64,000 bases of DNA. Source: Methanobacteriota archaeon (GTDB lineage Archaea > Methanobacteriota > Methanobacteria > Methanobacteriales > Methanobacteriaceae). The position numbers were made by a program, and so were the translations under genes. Below are positions 10,621-21,384 of the stretch, in pieces. The DNA is taken from NCBI GenBank assembly GCA_963787255.1, contig CAWBCJ010000025.1:64001-128000 (forward strand), read 5' to 3'. Under the pieces are notes generated by a model, which saw nothing but the letters and a program-made list of their open reading frames with translations, was not told the origin of the DNA and did not search any database. Numbering within the stretch: position 1 is the stretch's first letter; the number at the start of each line of letters is the position of its first letter.

Positions 10621-11295
10621 ATGAAATCTTACATCAAAATACTATTACTACTGGTAATACTAGTGGCAGGATTATTTTTTGTATATAATTCTGCGGATCA
10701 TTCGATCATAGGCTCTAATAGCAATGGATTTGTAACTAAAGATGTTTATTCTCATTATGGTTCGCATGAATCTAAAATAGCTGTTATAACAGGCATGCAC
10801 CCTCGTGAAGATCTTTCTAAAACTACAGTACCATCTGTTATAAAATTCTACGCATTAACACATAACCTGGAGATTGTAAATTACCATGTAACTGTTACTA
10901 ACAATCCTGATGCCTTTACTGAAAGTCGTAATAACGGTGAAGGTCTTGTTGCTCAATACATCATTCCGGACATCAAAAAATCAGATTATAAGCTGGTTAT
11001 CATCTGTCATGACCATGAACAAGGATATGGAGACGGATATTACATTGCAACACCAAGTATGGATGTTAAATCTGTAACACTAGCTGAAGCAGTTCATTCA
11101 CTTATACCAGCATTCAATTATTATAAAAGAGATACTGAAAAAAGAGCACATAGTTCTTCTATTGTTAAAGTGGACAATCCTATAACAGAATCAGGAACAC
11201 CGGTATTTGTATATGAAATGCCGGAATGGAATGGAAATATTGAAGCGTTTTTGAATTCTTACAGGTTAATTGATTCATCATCTAAGGTTCTTTGA
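10621..11295 (+). CDS. Exported/anchored hypothetical protein with M14-like zinc-peptidase motifs (paralog 1)
   Basis: N-terminal hydrophobic segment; GMHPRE, IICHDH, FVYEMP. Confidence 0.7.
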   Translation: MKSYIKILLLLVILVAGLFFVYNSADHSIIGSNSNGFVTKDVYSHYGSHESKIAVITGMHPREDLSKTTVPSVIKFYALTHNLEIVNYHVTVTNNPDAFTESRNNGEGLVAQYIIPDIKKSDYKLVIICHDHEQGYGDGYYIATPSMDVKSVTLAEAVHSLIPAFNYYKRDTEKRAHSSSIVKVDNPITESGTPVFVYEMPEWNGNIEAFLNSYRLIDSSSKVL

Positions 11296-11393
11296 GTTAT
11301 TAATTACTAATTTTTTATTATTTTTTAAAAATTTTTCATAAAAGTATTTATATTTCCAAATCAAATCATTTTAAGATTTGAGGGAAAAATTAT

Positions 11394-12080
11394 ATGATGA
11401 AAAAATCTCTAATTATTGTTATTGCCGGTCTTATTATAATCTCAGTATCAGCGGGATCCCTGGATTCGGGTATTCAGGTTAAAAATTCTTCTTTAGGCTC
11501 AGATAGCACTGGAAATGTTACAAAAATAGTTTATTCTAATAAAAACGTGCATGATCGTAAAATAGCTGTTATTTCGGGAATGCATCCTCGAGAAAAAGTT
11601 TCAATTAACGTTTCAGAAGATGCAGTAAAGAATTACGCACGATCAAATAAAGTGAACATTGTAAATTACGTTGTTGATGTGCATGAAAATATTGAGTATG
11701 TATCTTCTGGAAGAAAGAAAGGAGAAGAACTTGTAGCTAATTATATTGTTCCAGATATTGTAAAATCTGGTTACGATGTTGTAATTATATGTCACGACCA
11801 TAAAAAAGGTTATGGGGATGGATATTATGTTGCAATTCCCACTATGGACTCTAAATCATTAGCATTGGCTGAAGAGTTCCGTAAAATAAGCCCAGAATAT
11901 AAATATTATCAAAGAGACCCTGATAAGAAAGCTAAAAGCAAATCTATATTGAGGGTTGACACTCCAATTGCGGGATCGGGAACTCCTTTATTTGTTTATG
12001 AAATCCCTGAATGGGCGGGACATGATGAAGCTTATGATATAACCTATAAATTGATTGATACAGCCTATAAAATTCCTTAA
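11394..12080 (+). CDS. Exported hypothetical protein with M14-like zinc-peptidase motifs (paralog 2)
   Basis: Signal-peptide-like N-terminus; same GMHPRE, IICHDH, GYGDGYY, FVYEIPEW blocks as the upstream gene. Confidence 0.7.
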   Translation: MMKKSLIIVIAGLIIISVSAGSLDSGIQVKNSSLGSDSTGNVTKIVYSNKNVHDRKIAVISGMHPREKVSINVSEDAVKNYARSNKVNIVNYVVDVHENIEYVSSGRKKGEELVANYIVPDIVKSGYDVVIICHDHKKGYGDGYYVAIPTMDSKSLALAEEFRKISPEYKYYQRDPDKKAKSKSILRVDTPIAGSGTPLFVYEIPEWAGHDEAYDITYKLIDTAYKIP

Positions 12081-12119
12081 TTATTCAACTAATTTAATTT
12101 TTTTATGAAAGTTAATATT

Positions 12120-12359
12120 TTAAAAATAAAAAATACGGTATATAAATATCCCAATGGCTATGAAAGGAAGTATTACGTTAACTAGAATTAGAACTTCTCT
12201 TCTATCGAATTTTTTAGGAGTATATGCCCCTAAAAACATTGTAACAGTTAGTAATAACCATCCTAAAGCAGTTAAATACTCTTCAATGTTTAAGAAATAC
12301 AAAAACAATACAAAAAACAAGCACCCTATTATCAAGCTAATTCTATCATTTCGTTTCAT
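12120..12359 (-). CDS. Small membrane protein (about 3 TM)
   Basis: Hydrophobic 79-aa ORF with AGGAGA RBS upstream. Confidence 0.65.
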   Translation of the reverse strand: MKRNDRISLIIGCLFFVLFLYFLNIEEYLTALGWLLLTVTMFLGAYTPKKFDRREVLILVNVILPFIAIGIFIYRIFYF

Positions 12360-12851
12360 ATACTAATTTCTCCTGCTTTTATTACATTTTGTTAAATGTT
12401 TAATTTATATACTTTGAAATTAAGGATAAAAAATGAATCAACAATAAGAATACTTATTATGGTAGTTACAGTACCAAATGGCGATTTTTTCTTAAATAAC
12501 CAAGCTTTAGTCTTTATAGTTATTTTAATAGTTAAATTCATGGAAGTAAAAATCGATGAAGACGGCACCATGCTTTTAAAAGGTTCTCACATCACTATAA
12601 GATTATAATTCATCACAATCAAAATTTACGGAAAAGACATACTTGGAAGCACCGGGCTTGAAATAAATCTTTTAACTTCAATCTTTCTAATGTATTATAC
12701 GAGGTGCCATGATTTCGCGCTATTCATTTATTTACTGGAAATATGCACAATTTAAAAAAAGAAATAGCAATAAAAGCAAAATAACCCCAATCTAAAAAAA
12801 AGGGATATGGAAAGCAACAAATAATAAATTATTTGAAGGTTTAAAGGAGAT

Positions 12852-13370
12852 TTAGTACCAAACTTTTTTAATTCCAAGAAGATAAGCAATAATATTAGCT
12901 GAAAGATGTAAAATAATACTAATTATAAGTATCAATATGATCATATAAAATGGTAAAACTACAACAATTGAAGCGAATAATAATGCACCAACAACAAAAT
13001 CAAGCTGATCTAGAAATGGTGTGGGCCGACCCCTTTCAATCTTCATCCTTCTTTTAACGAAGCTTCCACAAGCGTCACCTATTAAAGCACCGCCACCTAG
13101 AAAGAATCCCAATAATATGCCTTGTAAGATATTTCCAGATATTATTCCTTGTATTAATCCAATTAAAGTTCCAATTCCCGTACCTATAAGCGTCCCGCGC
13201 CACGTAACACCATCACCGAATATTCTACGTCCATCTGTGAAATTCCGGCCAGAATCCAATGGTGGACCTCCGCCGAATGCCAGTGCTGCACTGTTTGCAA
13301 GATATGCCGGCAACATAAAGTATATTAAATATGCTAACATATTTAAAACACTGATAATAATTGTATCCAT
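12852..13370 (-). CDS. carS: CDP-2,3-bis-(O-geranylgeranyl)-sn-glycerol (CDP-archaeol) synthase
   Basis: PAYLAN, DGRRIFGDGVTWRG, GDACGSFVKRR, PFLDQLDF, C-terminal KKVWY. Confidence 0.95.
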   Translation of the reverse strand: MDTIIISVLNMLAYLIYFMLPAYLANSAALAFGGGPPLDSGRNFTDGRRIFGDGVTWRGTLIGTGIGTLIGLIQGIISGNILQGILLGFFLGGGALIGDACGSFVKRRMKIERGRPTPFLDQLDFVVGALLFASIVVVLPFYMIILILIISIILHLSANIIAYLLGIKKVWY

Positions 13371-13445
13371 AGTTTTCCTCCTAATTAAAACAAGATAATA
13401 GTAATGTTATCGATTGAACTAATAAATAACTTTAATGGTGAGATG

Positions 13446-14975
13446 ATGGTCATAAAGAGAACCAAAAGCCTATGTCCAGAATGTCTTTCAGTTATAGATG
13501 CTGAAGTTTATGAAGACAAAGAAAAGATAATGATTAAAAAAGAATGCAAAGAACACGGTAATTTCAATAGTACTTATTGGGGAAGTAATGAACTCTACAA
13601 AAAAGCTTCAGAAAGCGAATTTAAAGGAGAAGGAATTGATAATCCCCAGACCCCTTCAGCAGATGATTGTCCATTAAATTGTGGAATGTGTGATGAACAT
13701 GAAAGCCAGACCATTCTGGGACTTATTGATGTAACAAATAGATGTAATTTAAAATGTCCCATTTGTTTTGCAAATGCAGCAGTTTCTAAAAAATTATACG
13801 AACCAAGTTATGAACAGATAAGAAAAATGCTCCAGAATTTAAGAGGCAATGAGCCTGTTCCTGCACCTGCAATTCAATACGCTGGTGGAGAACCCACAGT
13901 AAGAAAAGATATAGTAGATTTAGTCAAACTAGCCAAAGAAGAAGGATTTTCACACACACAAATTGCTACAAATGGGTTAAGACTCGCAAGAAATCCTGAA
14001 TTAGCCCTTGAATTAAAAGAAGCAGAATTAAACACAGTTTATCTTCAATTTGATGGAGTAACTGAAGAACCCTATCTTAAAATAAGAAATAAAAATATAC
14101 TCGAAACTAAAATAAAAGCAATAGAAAACTGCCGAAAAGCAGATTTAGGCGTAGTTCTAGTTCCTACAATTGTTAAAGGAATTAATGATCATCAAATAGG
14201 AGATATAATAAGATTTGCAGTTGATAATATTGATGTAATACGTGGAGTGAACTTCCAGCCTGTTTCATTTGCAGGCAGAACTCCTTCTAATGAAGTTGAA
14301 AAGCAGCGCATAACAATTCCTGATTTTGAAAATCTTGTAGAAAAACAAACAAATAGTAATATTAAAGTGGCAGACTTCCATCCTGCTTCATCTGTCTCCC
14401 CAATTTCAGAGTTTATAGAGGCCGTTGAAGGCGAAAAACAGGTTACATTCACATGTCATCATCATTGTGGTGTAGCTACTTACATATTTATTGAAGATGG
14501 AGAAATTATCCCCATTACCCAGTTTGTTGACGTTGATAGATTCTTTAATCTTCTCTCGAAGAGCGCAGAAGATATAAAAGATGGAGGAATTACAGGAAAA
14601 GCCAAAACCGTAGCTAGGGCAACAATGGAACTTCCAAGAACAATAGATAGATCAAAAGCACCAGATTCAGTTGACATTAAAAATATATTGACTTCAGTAT
14701 TCCGAGAAAGATCTTACACATCACTTGGAGATTTCCATCACAAAACACTGCTTATTGCATGCATGCACTTTATGGACCCTTGGAATTTCGACCAGGATAG
14801 AGTAAGAAGATGCGTAATTCACTATGCAGTACCTGATGGAAGAATAATACCCTTCTGTTCTATGAACACACTCTACAGGGAAGAAATAGAGAATAAATTT
14901 GCTGTACCTCTAAAAAAAGAAGAAATTACGCAAAGTAACCGTTTTGAGCCTTTAAATAAAAGTAAAGAATATTAA
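13446..14975 (+). CDS. tes: Tetraether lipid synthase (radical SAM, GDGT macrocycle synthase)
   Basis: N-terminal SLCPEC..C..HG, CPLNCGMC..H, TNRCNLKCPICFA, GGEPT, C-terminal RCVIHY..DGRIIPFC; GGTGA RBS at 13437 (track start 13404). Confidence 0.9.
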   Translation: MVIKRTKSLCPECLSVIDAEVYEDKEKIMIKKECKEHGNFNSTYWGSNELYKKASESEFKGEGIDNPQTPSADDCPLNCGMCDEHESQTILGLIDVTNRCNLKCPICFANAAVSKKLYEPSYEQIRKMLQNLRGNEPVPAPAIQYAGGEPTVRKDIVDLVKLAKEEGFSHTQIATNGLRLARNPELALELKEAELNTVYLQFDGVTEEPYLKIRNKNILETKIKAIENCRKADLGVVLVPTIVKGINDHQIGDIIRFAVDNIDVIRGVNFQPVSFAGRTPSNEVEKQRITIPDFENLVEKQTNSNIKVADFHPASSVSPISEFIEAVEGEKQVTFTCHHHCGVATYIFIEDGEIIPITQFVDVDRFFNLLSKSAEDIKDGGITGKAKTVARATMELPRTIDRSKAPDSVDIKNILTSVFRERSYTSLGDFHHKTLLIACMHFMDPWNFDQDRVRRCVIHYAVPDGRIIPFCSMNTLYREEIENKFAVPLKKEEITQSNRFEPLNKSKEY

Positions 14976-15071
14976 TTACTATACATATCCTATTTAATTT
15001 ATTTTAAATACGTAAAAATTATTTCAGACACTGATTCCAGTCTTTAAAATAGATCAAAGGTTTTTATAAAA

Positions 15072-16058
15072 ATGATCATCAAAACTCCATCAAGGCTTCA
15101 TTTAACTTTAATTGATCTTAATGGGGCTCTTGGCAGAATCGATGGCGGAGTGGGATTAACTATTGAAAACCCAAGCCTTACTCTCCAGGCAGAGTCTGGA
15201 AATAATGGTATTGAAATCATTTTTGAAGATAAAAGCCATAGCAAAAAATTAATGAACGATTACAGGGAGAAAATAGAAAATTCAGCAAAAAAAATGCTTG
15301 AATTTCTGAAAATCAATTCTGGATTCAAATTTAATGTAAAAGAAACCTATCCTGCTCATTCAGGTCTGGGATCAGGTACTCAAATTTCTCTTGCAGTTGG
15401 AAAGATTATCTTAAAGCTTAATAATATGGATATGACCGCTCCTGAGATAGCTAAAATTGTAGGAAGGGGTGGAACTTCCGGTATTGGTGTTAGAGCATTT
15501 GATCATGGGGGATTTATTATTGATGGCGGACATAGAATTGATGAGAAACCTGATTTTTTACCCTCATCGGCTTCTAAAGCTTTACCCGCACCATTAATTA
15601 CAAGATATGATTTTCCAGAAGATTGGAATATTATACTTGCAATACCCAATGTTCCGGCGGGTGCATCAGGGCCTAAAGAAGTTAATATATTCCAAAAATA
15701 CTGTCCAATTCCTCTAGAAGAAGTACAGAAATTATCTCATATTTTGCTTATGAAAATGATGCCTGCAGTGGTTGAGGCTGATATAAGTTCATTTGGAGAT
15801 TCAATTAACCAGATTCAAAATACTGGATTTAAAAAAGTAGAATTGGAGCTTCAACATCCTTTAATCACTACTTTAATTAAAAATATGAGATATGCAGGTG
15901 CAGTAGGTGTGGGTATGAGTTCATTTGGACCTACAGTATATGCAATCACTGATAATAATTCAAAAGAGATATCCAAAGTCGCTCAAGATACCATAAAAGA
16001 AGTAGGCGGTAAATTAATCGTTACAAAAGCGCAAAATAGCGGTGCTATTATCCAATAA
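15072..16058 (+). CDS. mptG: Beta-ribofuranosylaminobenzene 5'-phosphate (RFAP) synthase
   Basis: TPSRLH.TLID, HSGLGSGTQ, GRGGTSGIG, GGFIIDGGH, GMSSFGP. Confidence 0.95.
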   Translation: MIIKTPSRLHLTLIDLNGALGRIDGGVGLTIENPSLTLQAESGNNGIEIIFEDKSHSKKLMNDYREKIENSAKKMLEFLKINSGFKFNVKETYPAHSGLGSGTQISLAVGKIILKLNNMDMTAPEIAKIVGRGGTSGIGVRAFDHGGFIIDGGHRIDEKPDFLPSSASKALPAPLITRYDFPEDWNIILAIPNVPAGASGPKEVNIFQKYCPIPLEEVQKLSHILLMKMMPAVVEADISSFGDSINQIQNTGFKKVELELQHPLITTLIKNMRYAGAVGVGMSSFGPTVYAITDNNSKEISKVAQDTIKEVGGKLIVTKAQNSGAIIQ

Positions 16059-16189
16059 TTTATTATAAAAAATGGACAGATTAAATTTATGAATAATTTA
16101 TAATGGTACAGTGATAAATAATAGTTAGTGTTATTTAGATAAAGTTATAATTTTTTTTGTAGTTAACTAAAGATCTAATAATGATTCAT

Positions 16190-16678
16190 ATGATGGAAAA
16201 AATACAAGGAAAAGTATGGAAATTTGGAGATAATATTGATACTGACGTTATAATTCCTGGAAGGTATCTTAGAACATTTAGTTTAGATGATCTTGCTGCA
16301 CATGTAATGGAAGGAGTGGATCCTGATTTTGCAGAGAATGTGGAAAATGGAGACATTATAGTAGCTCGCGAGAATTTTGGATGTGGATCGTCAAGAGAAC
16401 AGGCTCCTGTGGCTTTAAAACATGCGGGAGTTTCTGCAATAGTTGCAAAGTCATTTGCCAGAATATTTTATCGTAACGCTGTAAATATTGGATTACCAGT
16501 TATCGTTGCACAAATAAATGCTACAAGTGGTGATGTTTTAAAAATCGATCTTGAAAAAGGCATTATAATTAATGTTACAACAAATGAAAGTTTTAAGATT
16601 GAACCATTTAAAAAATTCATGTTAGATATCTTAAAAGAGGGTGGACTTGTAAACCATTACCTTGAAAAGAAAGAATGA
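16190..16678 (+). CDS. hacB: Homoaconitase small subunit (LeuD family; coenzyme B pathway)
   Basis: DNIDTDVIIPGRYLRT (YLRT loop typical of methanogen HacB), NFGCGSSREQAP; exact start among 16181/16190/16193. Confidence 0.8.
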   Translation: MMEKIQGKVWKFGDNIDTDVIIPGRYLRTFSLDDLAAHVMEGVDPDFAENVENGDIIVARENFGCGSSREQAPVALKHAGVSAIVAKSFARIFYRNAVNIGLPVIVAQINATSGDVLKIDLEKGIIINVTTNESFKIEPFKKFMLDILKEGGLVNHYLEKKE

Positions 16679-16801
16679 TAGCTTTTTAATCTTATTGAAT
16701 TTCTAATTTTTTTAAATTAATAAATTACTAAAAATTACTTAATAAATAGAAAACAAAAAATAAAATATTAAATAATATTTATATTAATAGAGGAAAAATA
16801 A

Positions 16802-17440
16802 ATGAAATGCCCTGTTTGTGAATCTGAATCCTTTGAAGTGTTAAAATCCAAAGGAAAACATTCAAAAGATCTTCTTTTGCAATGTAATGAATGTAGTAAT
16901 GTTTACAGAGAAATTATAAGTAGAGAAAAACCTGTAGATATCAGAATAGTTATTAGTGAATTTGAATCTTCAAAAAAAGAATATGTTAAGCTCTATCCTG
17001 ACGAAGAACTGCAGGTAGATGATATTCTTGAAATTGGTGATAAAGAGGTGGCAATAACCTCAATCGAAACCAAAAAAGGTGGAAGGATATACCATAGTCA
17101 AGTATCTGATATAGAAACTATTTGGGCTTCATCACTGGATATTCCGGCAAGAGTGGGAATTTCTGTGGATTTTGGAGGAAGAATAATTTCTAAAAAGGTG
17201 CATATGGATAGAGATTTTGAATTTCATGTGGGAGATGTAATTAAACTTGGGAATCTTATTTTCAAAGTAAACTCCATTAAAACTTTGGAGAGGAAAGTTA
17301 GAAAAGGCTTTGCAAAAGCAGATGTAACTAAAAGAGTATATGGAAAGCCTTTAGATAACAATGAGAGGTATAAATACGATTTAAGCTCGAATGTAGTAGA
17401 AGTTATTAATGTAGAAGAAAGTACTAATGTGGTAGAATGA
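16802..17440 (+). CDS. HVO_0476-family zinc-finger protein
   Basis: MKCPVC...CNEC N-terminus, ITSIE and IETIW motifs; overlaps pcm start. Confidence 0.8.
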   Translation: MKCPVCESESFEVLKSKGKHSKDLLLQCNECSNVYREIISREKPVDIRIVISEFESSKKEYVKLYPDEELQVDDILEIGDKEVAITSIETKKGGRIYHSQVSDIETIWASSLDIPARVGISVDFGGRIISKKVHMDRDFEFHVGDVIKLGNLIFKVNSIKTLERKVRKGFAKADVTKRVYGKPLDNNERYKYDLSSNVVEVINVEESTNVVE

Positions 17441-18093
17441 TAAATGAAAGGAAAGAACTAGTTAGAAGACTTTCAAAAAGCGGTTATATAAAAACAGAAA
17501 AAGTAAGAAAGGCTATGGGAACTGTTCCCAGAGAGGAATTTTTACCTGCTTCAAACAGGCCTTATGCATACGTTGATCAACCATTACCTATAGGTAAAGG
17601 TCAGACAATATCAGCACCCCATATGGTGGCCATGATATGTGAAATACTCGAGCTTGAAGAAGGTATGAAAGTATTGGAGATAGGTACGGGTTTTGGATAT
17701 AATGCAGCTGTTGTTGCACAGATCATTGGTGAAAAAGGCCAGTTATATAGTATAGAACGTATAGATTCGCTTGCAGAACTTGCAAAAGATAATCTTAAGC
17801 GAACAGGCCTTGGAGATAATGTGACAATTATTGTTGGGGATGGAACAAAAGGATATAAAGAAGAAGCTCCTTTTGATAGAATTTATGGTACAGCAAGTGC
17901 TCCTTCGGTACCAGAACCGCTCAAAGAGCAGTTAAGAATTGGTGGAATTATGTTAATTCCAGTAGGGGAGCAGCAGTATTTCCAGGATCTTGTTTACATT
18001 AAAAGAGAATCAGAAGACAAATATGAAAGGAAAAGTATAGGTGGAGTTGCTTTTGTTCCTATGATAGGGGAACATGGCTGGCCTGAAAAGTAA
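17437..18093 (+). CDS. pcm: Protein-L-isoaspartate O-methyltransferase
   Basis: GQTISAPHMVA, VLEIGTGFGYNAA, GDGTKGY, APFDRI. Confidence 0.97.
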   Translation: MINERKELVRRLSKSGYIKTEKVRKAMGTVPREEFLPASNRPYAYVDQPLPIGKGQTISAPHMVAMICEILELEEGMKVLEIGTGFGYNAAVVAQIIGEKGQLYSIERIDSLAELAKDNLKRTGLGDNVTIIVGDGTKGYKEEAPFDRIYGTASAPSVPEPLKEQLRIGGIMLIPVGEQQYFQDLVYIKRESEDKYERKSIGGVAFVPMIGEHGWPEK

Positions 18094-18206
18094 TTTCAAT
18101 AATATATTTAAATAGAATTAACTTATTTTATAGAACTGATTTTTAGATATTAATTATAATTTATCAAATTAAATAACATGTTTTTAAATTCAGGATTCAT
18201 GATAAT

Positions 18207-19499
18207 ATGAAGGTTTACATTGAAACATTCGGCTGCACATTTAACCAGGGCGATTCGCAGATAATGGCTGGACTTTTAAAGGAAAATAATGCTGAAATAG
18301 TGGAAGAAGCTGAAGATGCGGATGTAATAATAGTAAATACGTGCTATGTTAAGCATCCGACAGAACAGAAGGTTTTAAATAGAATTCAAGGTGTTCAAAG
18401 GGAATTTCCTGATAAAAAATTAATTATTTCTGGATGTATGGTGGAGATCGATTCTGAAAAACTTAAAAAAGCTGCACCATCTGCTGGGTGGATTGGTCCA
18501 CGTCAAATTAAATCAACTGTGGATGTTGTAGAATCATGTCTTGATGGTGAGAGTGCGAGAATTATTGGGCATGGGACTGATATTAAAGCAGGACTTCCAA
18601 AGGTACGTTTTAATCCAAAGATACATATAGTTCAAATATGTGAGGGATGCACAGGTAAGTGCACTTACTGCTGCACCCGATTTGCAAGAGGCACACTACA
18701 GAGTTATCCGGTTAATATCATTATAAAGGAAGTAGAAGATGCAGTAAAGGATGGATGCGTTGAGATTCAGCTTACAGCACAGGATACCGCCGCATACGGA
18801 AAGGATATTGGGAAAACATTAGCCGAGCTTATAAACGAAATTACCAGTATTCCTGGCGAATTTAGAATTAGAATTGGAATGCTACACCCAAAAAGCATAA
18901 TTGGGAACATTGAAAAATTAGTTGAAGCTTTCAATCATGAAAATGTTTACAAATTCCTGCATATTCCCATTCAAAGTGGAAACGACTCCGTATTAAATGA
19001 TATGAACCGCGGACACACAGTAGCACAATTTAAAGAAATAATATCAAAATTTAGAGAAGAAATACCTGAAATTTCAATTGCTACCGATATTATTGTAGGT
19101 TATCCAACAGAAACTGATGAAGCTTTTGAGGATACTTTAAATATAATCCGGGAAACTAAGCCAGATTTTATACACATTTCAAAATACAGGCACAGACCAA
19201 TGACAGAATCATCAATTCTGCCAGAAATTAAGCATAATGCAATGAAAAAACGTTCTAAAGCATTAAATGAGTTAAAAACTGATATTCTTTATGAAAATAA
19301 TCTTAAAATAATTGGAGAAGAACGTAAAATATTAATTACAGAAAAAGGAAGTAAAGGGGGATACATTGGAAGAACCAATTCTTACAAGCCAGTAATTGTA
19401 CCTGAAGGTCAAATTGGAAGCTTTGTAAAAGTAAAAATAGAAGAAGCCACCAGTACATATTTAAAAGGCCATATTATCATGATTTTAAATAAATTATAA
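18207..19499 (+). CDS. mtaB: tRNA t6A37 methylthiotransferase (archaeal/eukaryotic MtaB type)
   Basis: UPF0004 N-terminus ETFGCTFN, NTC, GC; CTGKCTYC radical SAM motif; C-terminal TRAM domain. Confidence 0.9.
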   Translation: MKVYIETFGCTFNQGDSQIMAGLLKENNAEIVEEAEDADVIIVNTCYVKHPTEQKVLNRIQGVQREFPDKKLIISGCMVEIDSEKLKKAAPSAGWIGPRQIKSTVDVVESCLDGESARIIGHGTDIKAGLPKVRFNPKIHIVQICEGCTGKCTYCCTRFARGTLQSYPVNIIIKEVEDAVKDGCVEIQLTAQDTAAYGKDIGKTLAELINEITSIPGEFRIRIGMLHPKSIIGNIEKLVEAFNHENVYKFLHIPIQSGNDSVLNDMNRGHTVAQFKEIISKFREEIPEISIATDIIVGYPTETDEAFEDTLNIIRETKPDFIHISKYRHRPMTESSILPEIKHNAMKKRSKALNELKTDILYENNLKIIGEERKILITEKGSKGGYIGRTNSYKPVIVPEGQIGSFVKVKIEEATSTYLKGHIIMILNKL

Positions 19500-19501
19500 A
19501 C

Positions 19502-19705
19502 TTATCTTCTCCAAGAAAGCTTTTTTGAGATTTTATCCATCTTTCGAGCTTCTTTAATATTTTTTTCAATATTACCATCTTCTATAACAATAGAACCTTC
19601 GTATCCACAGTTTCTGCATTTCCATATACCAGTACCCTCATAACGATACTCATACTTTATTTTATTGGATTTACATTGGGGGCAGAAAGTTTTTTTAGCC
19701 ATCAT
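19502..19705 (-). CDS. Small zinc-ribbon protein
   Basis: FCPQCKS...WKCRNCGY; GGTGA RBS. Confidence 0.8.
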   Translation of the reverse strand: MMAKKTFCPQCKSNKIKYEYRYEGTGIWKCRNCGYEGSIVIEDGNIEKNIKEARKMDKISKKLSWRR

Positions 19706-19818
19706 TATTCACCAAAGTAATATTAGCTAATTAATATAAAATTTTTTGCTGATCAAATGAGGTTAGCTTGACTAAAATGTAGTATTATTATTGAAAATAA
19801 GGAATTTAGAATAATAGT

Positions 19819-19969
<151 letters not shown>

Positions 19970-20001
19970 GGAGTGCGTCTACCTTGAATATAGATGTATT
20001 C

Positions 20002-20017
20002 ATATATAACCTTTTCC
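20002..20017 (-). promoter_or_regulatory. BRE-TATA promoter of the tRNA-Val/tRNA-Phe pair
   Basis: Minus strand GGAAAAG-G-TTATATAT about 33 nt upstream of tRNA-Val. Confidence 0.75.
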
Positions 20018-20322
20018 CTATTCCACTGAATTTATTAGTGAAATAGTAAAATAAAATAAATTATTCTGATTTTTTCCATTTATTTCTCATTAAACGTGCT
20101 TAAATTATTTACTGCAGCTTAATCAGGAGTGTTATACACAACTCTGCTTATTAATTTAAAATAAATAATTAATATATCTTTATAGATTAATTAAACAAAA
20201 TTAGCCCATATTATGGATATTAAGAGATAATAACGAACTATTTAATTAAAACACAAGACAGTAAATATAAATAGTAGTAAAGTAACCTATTATGTATATA
20301 AGTACGCTAAGAGGGTTAAAAT

Positions 20323-20730
20323 ATGGATGTAGAACCAATAAAAACAACAGTAGAAGAGCTTTTAAAGGTATTAGCCACTGATAATGTGATAGGAGAAACA
20401 ATAGAAACTGAGGATAAACTACTTATCCCGGTTACAAAATTTGGAATGGCTTTTGGTGCCGGAAGCGGTGAAGGTCAAGGTCCTGCAAATCAAGGAGGAG
20501 GTAAAGGCAGCGGAGCTGGTGGAGGAGCTGGTATTGAGCCCATAGCCATGATAGTTGTCTTCAAAGGAGTAGAAGGTCCAGAAGGTGTAAGAGTAATGCA
20601 TTTAACTCCACCTAACCCTATAGGCAGGGCTATATCTGAAGCAGTACCTGCAGTAATAGATCTCATGAAAGAGAGTAAGGAAACTGTTAAAGATTTAACA
20701 AAAGAGGAAAAGAAAGAAGAAACAGAATAA
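20323..20730 (+). CDS. GerW/YtfJ family protein
   Basis: VIGETIE...LIPVTKFGMAFGAGSGEG...GAGGGAGIEPIAMIVV. Confidence 0.9.
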   Translation: MDVEPIKTTVEELLKVLATDNVIGETIETEDKLLIPVTKFGMAFGAGSGEGQGPANQGGGKGSGAGGGAGIEPIAMIVVFKGVEGPEGVRVMHLTPPNPIGRAISEAVPAVIDLMKESKETVKDLTKEEKKEETE

Positions 20731-20778
20731 AAATTCACTTTCGCCTCTAATTTTTTTAAATAAAAGAGTGATCCTAAA

Positions 20779-21378
20779 TTGATCCTTGCAATTGCCATTA
20801 TACTAATTTTAATACTATTTTTAGTGTGTATTCTGGTGATTCCATTTAATATTTTTCTTAATTTGAATGTTAATGGTTTAAAGATCAATGGATATTTCAA
20901 ATTAACATGGATGAAAATTAAATTATTCCGAAGGGAATTTCCAGATAAAGAAATTAAAGAAAAGAAGAAAAAAAAGAAAGAAATTAAAGAGGAAGACAAA
21001 GAACAAAAATTTGATATTGGAAGGCTTCCCCGGATAATTTCACTCCTTTATGAATCTTCACCGCATTTAATGCGAATTTTCAACGCATTTTTGAAATCAA
21101 CCAATTTTCAAAAATTTTCCTTCAAATTAATACTAGGATTAGGTAGTCCTTATGATACAGCACTGATAAGTGGCTATTTATATGCTTTAATGCCTTTACT
21201 GAATTTAATACCGAAATCATGCTTCATTTTTGAACCTAATTTCCAAAAAGAAGGAGTAGAAGCAAATATAAATTTAAAGATTAGAATAAAGCTTTTATGG
21301 ATAGTAATTGAATCACTAAAGGTAATTACTAAAAAACCCGTCAGATCTCTTTTAAATGAACTTAGAAAAATGAGATGA
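20779..21378 (+). CDS. DUF2953 (YtfI-like) membrane-anchored protein
   Basis: N-terminal TM, Lys-rich linker, LGLGSPYDTALISG..Y, F.PNF motif; next to GerW. Confidence 0.8.
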   Translation: MILAIAIILILILFLVCILVIPFNIFLNLNVNGLKINGYFKLTWMKIKLFRREFPDKEIKEKKKKKKEIKEEDKEQKFDIGRLPRIISLLYESSPHLMRIFNAFLKSTNFQKFSFKLILGLGSPYDTALISGYLYALMPLLNLIPKSCFIFEPNFQKEGVEANINLKIRIKLLWIVIESLKVITKKPVRSLLNELRKMR

Positions 21379-21384
21379 ACAATA

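Noticed and set aside
12396-12760. 70-aa ORF and downstream frame faintly resembling a decayed membrane protease
   Set aside because: No diagnostic motif or RBS; cannot be supported without a search
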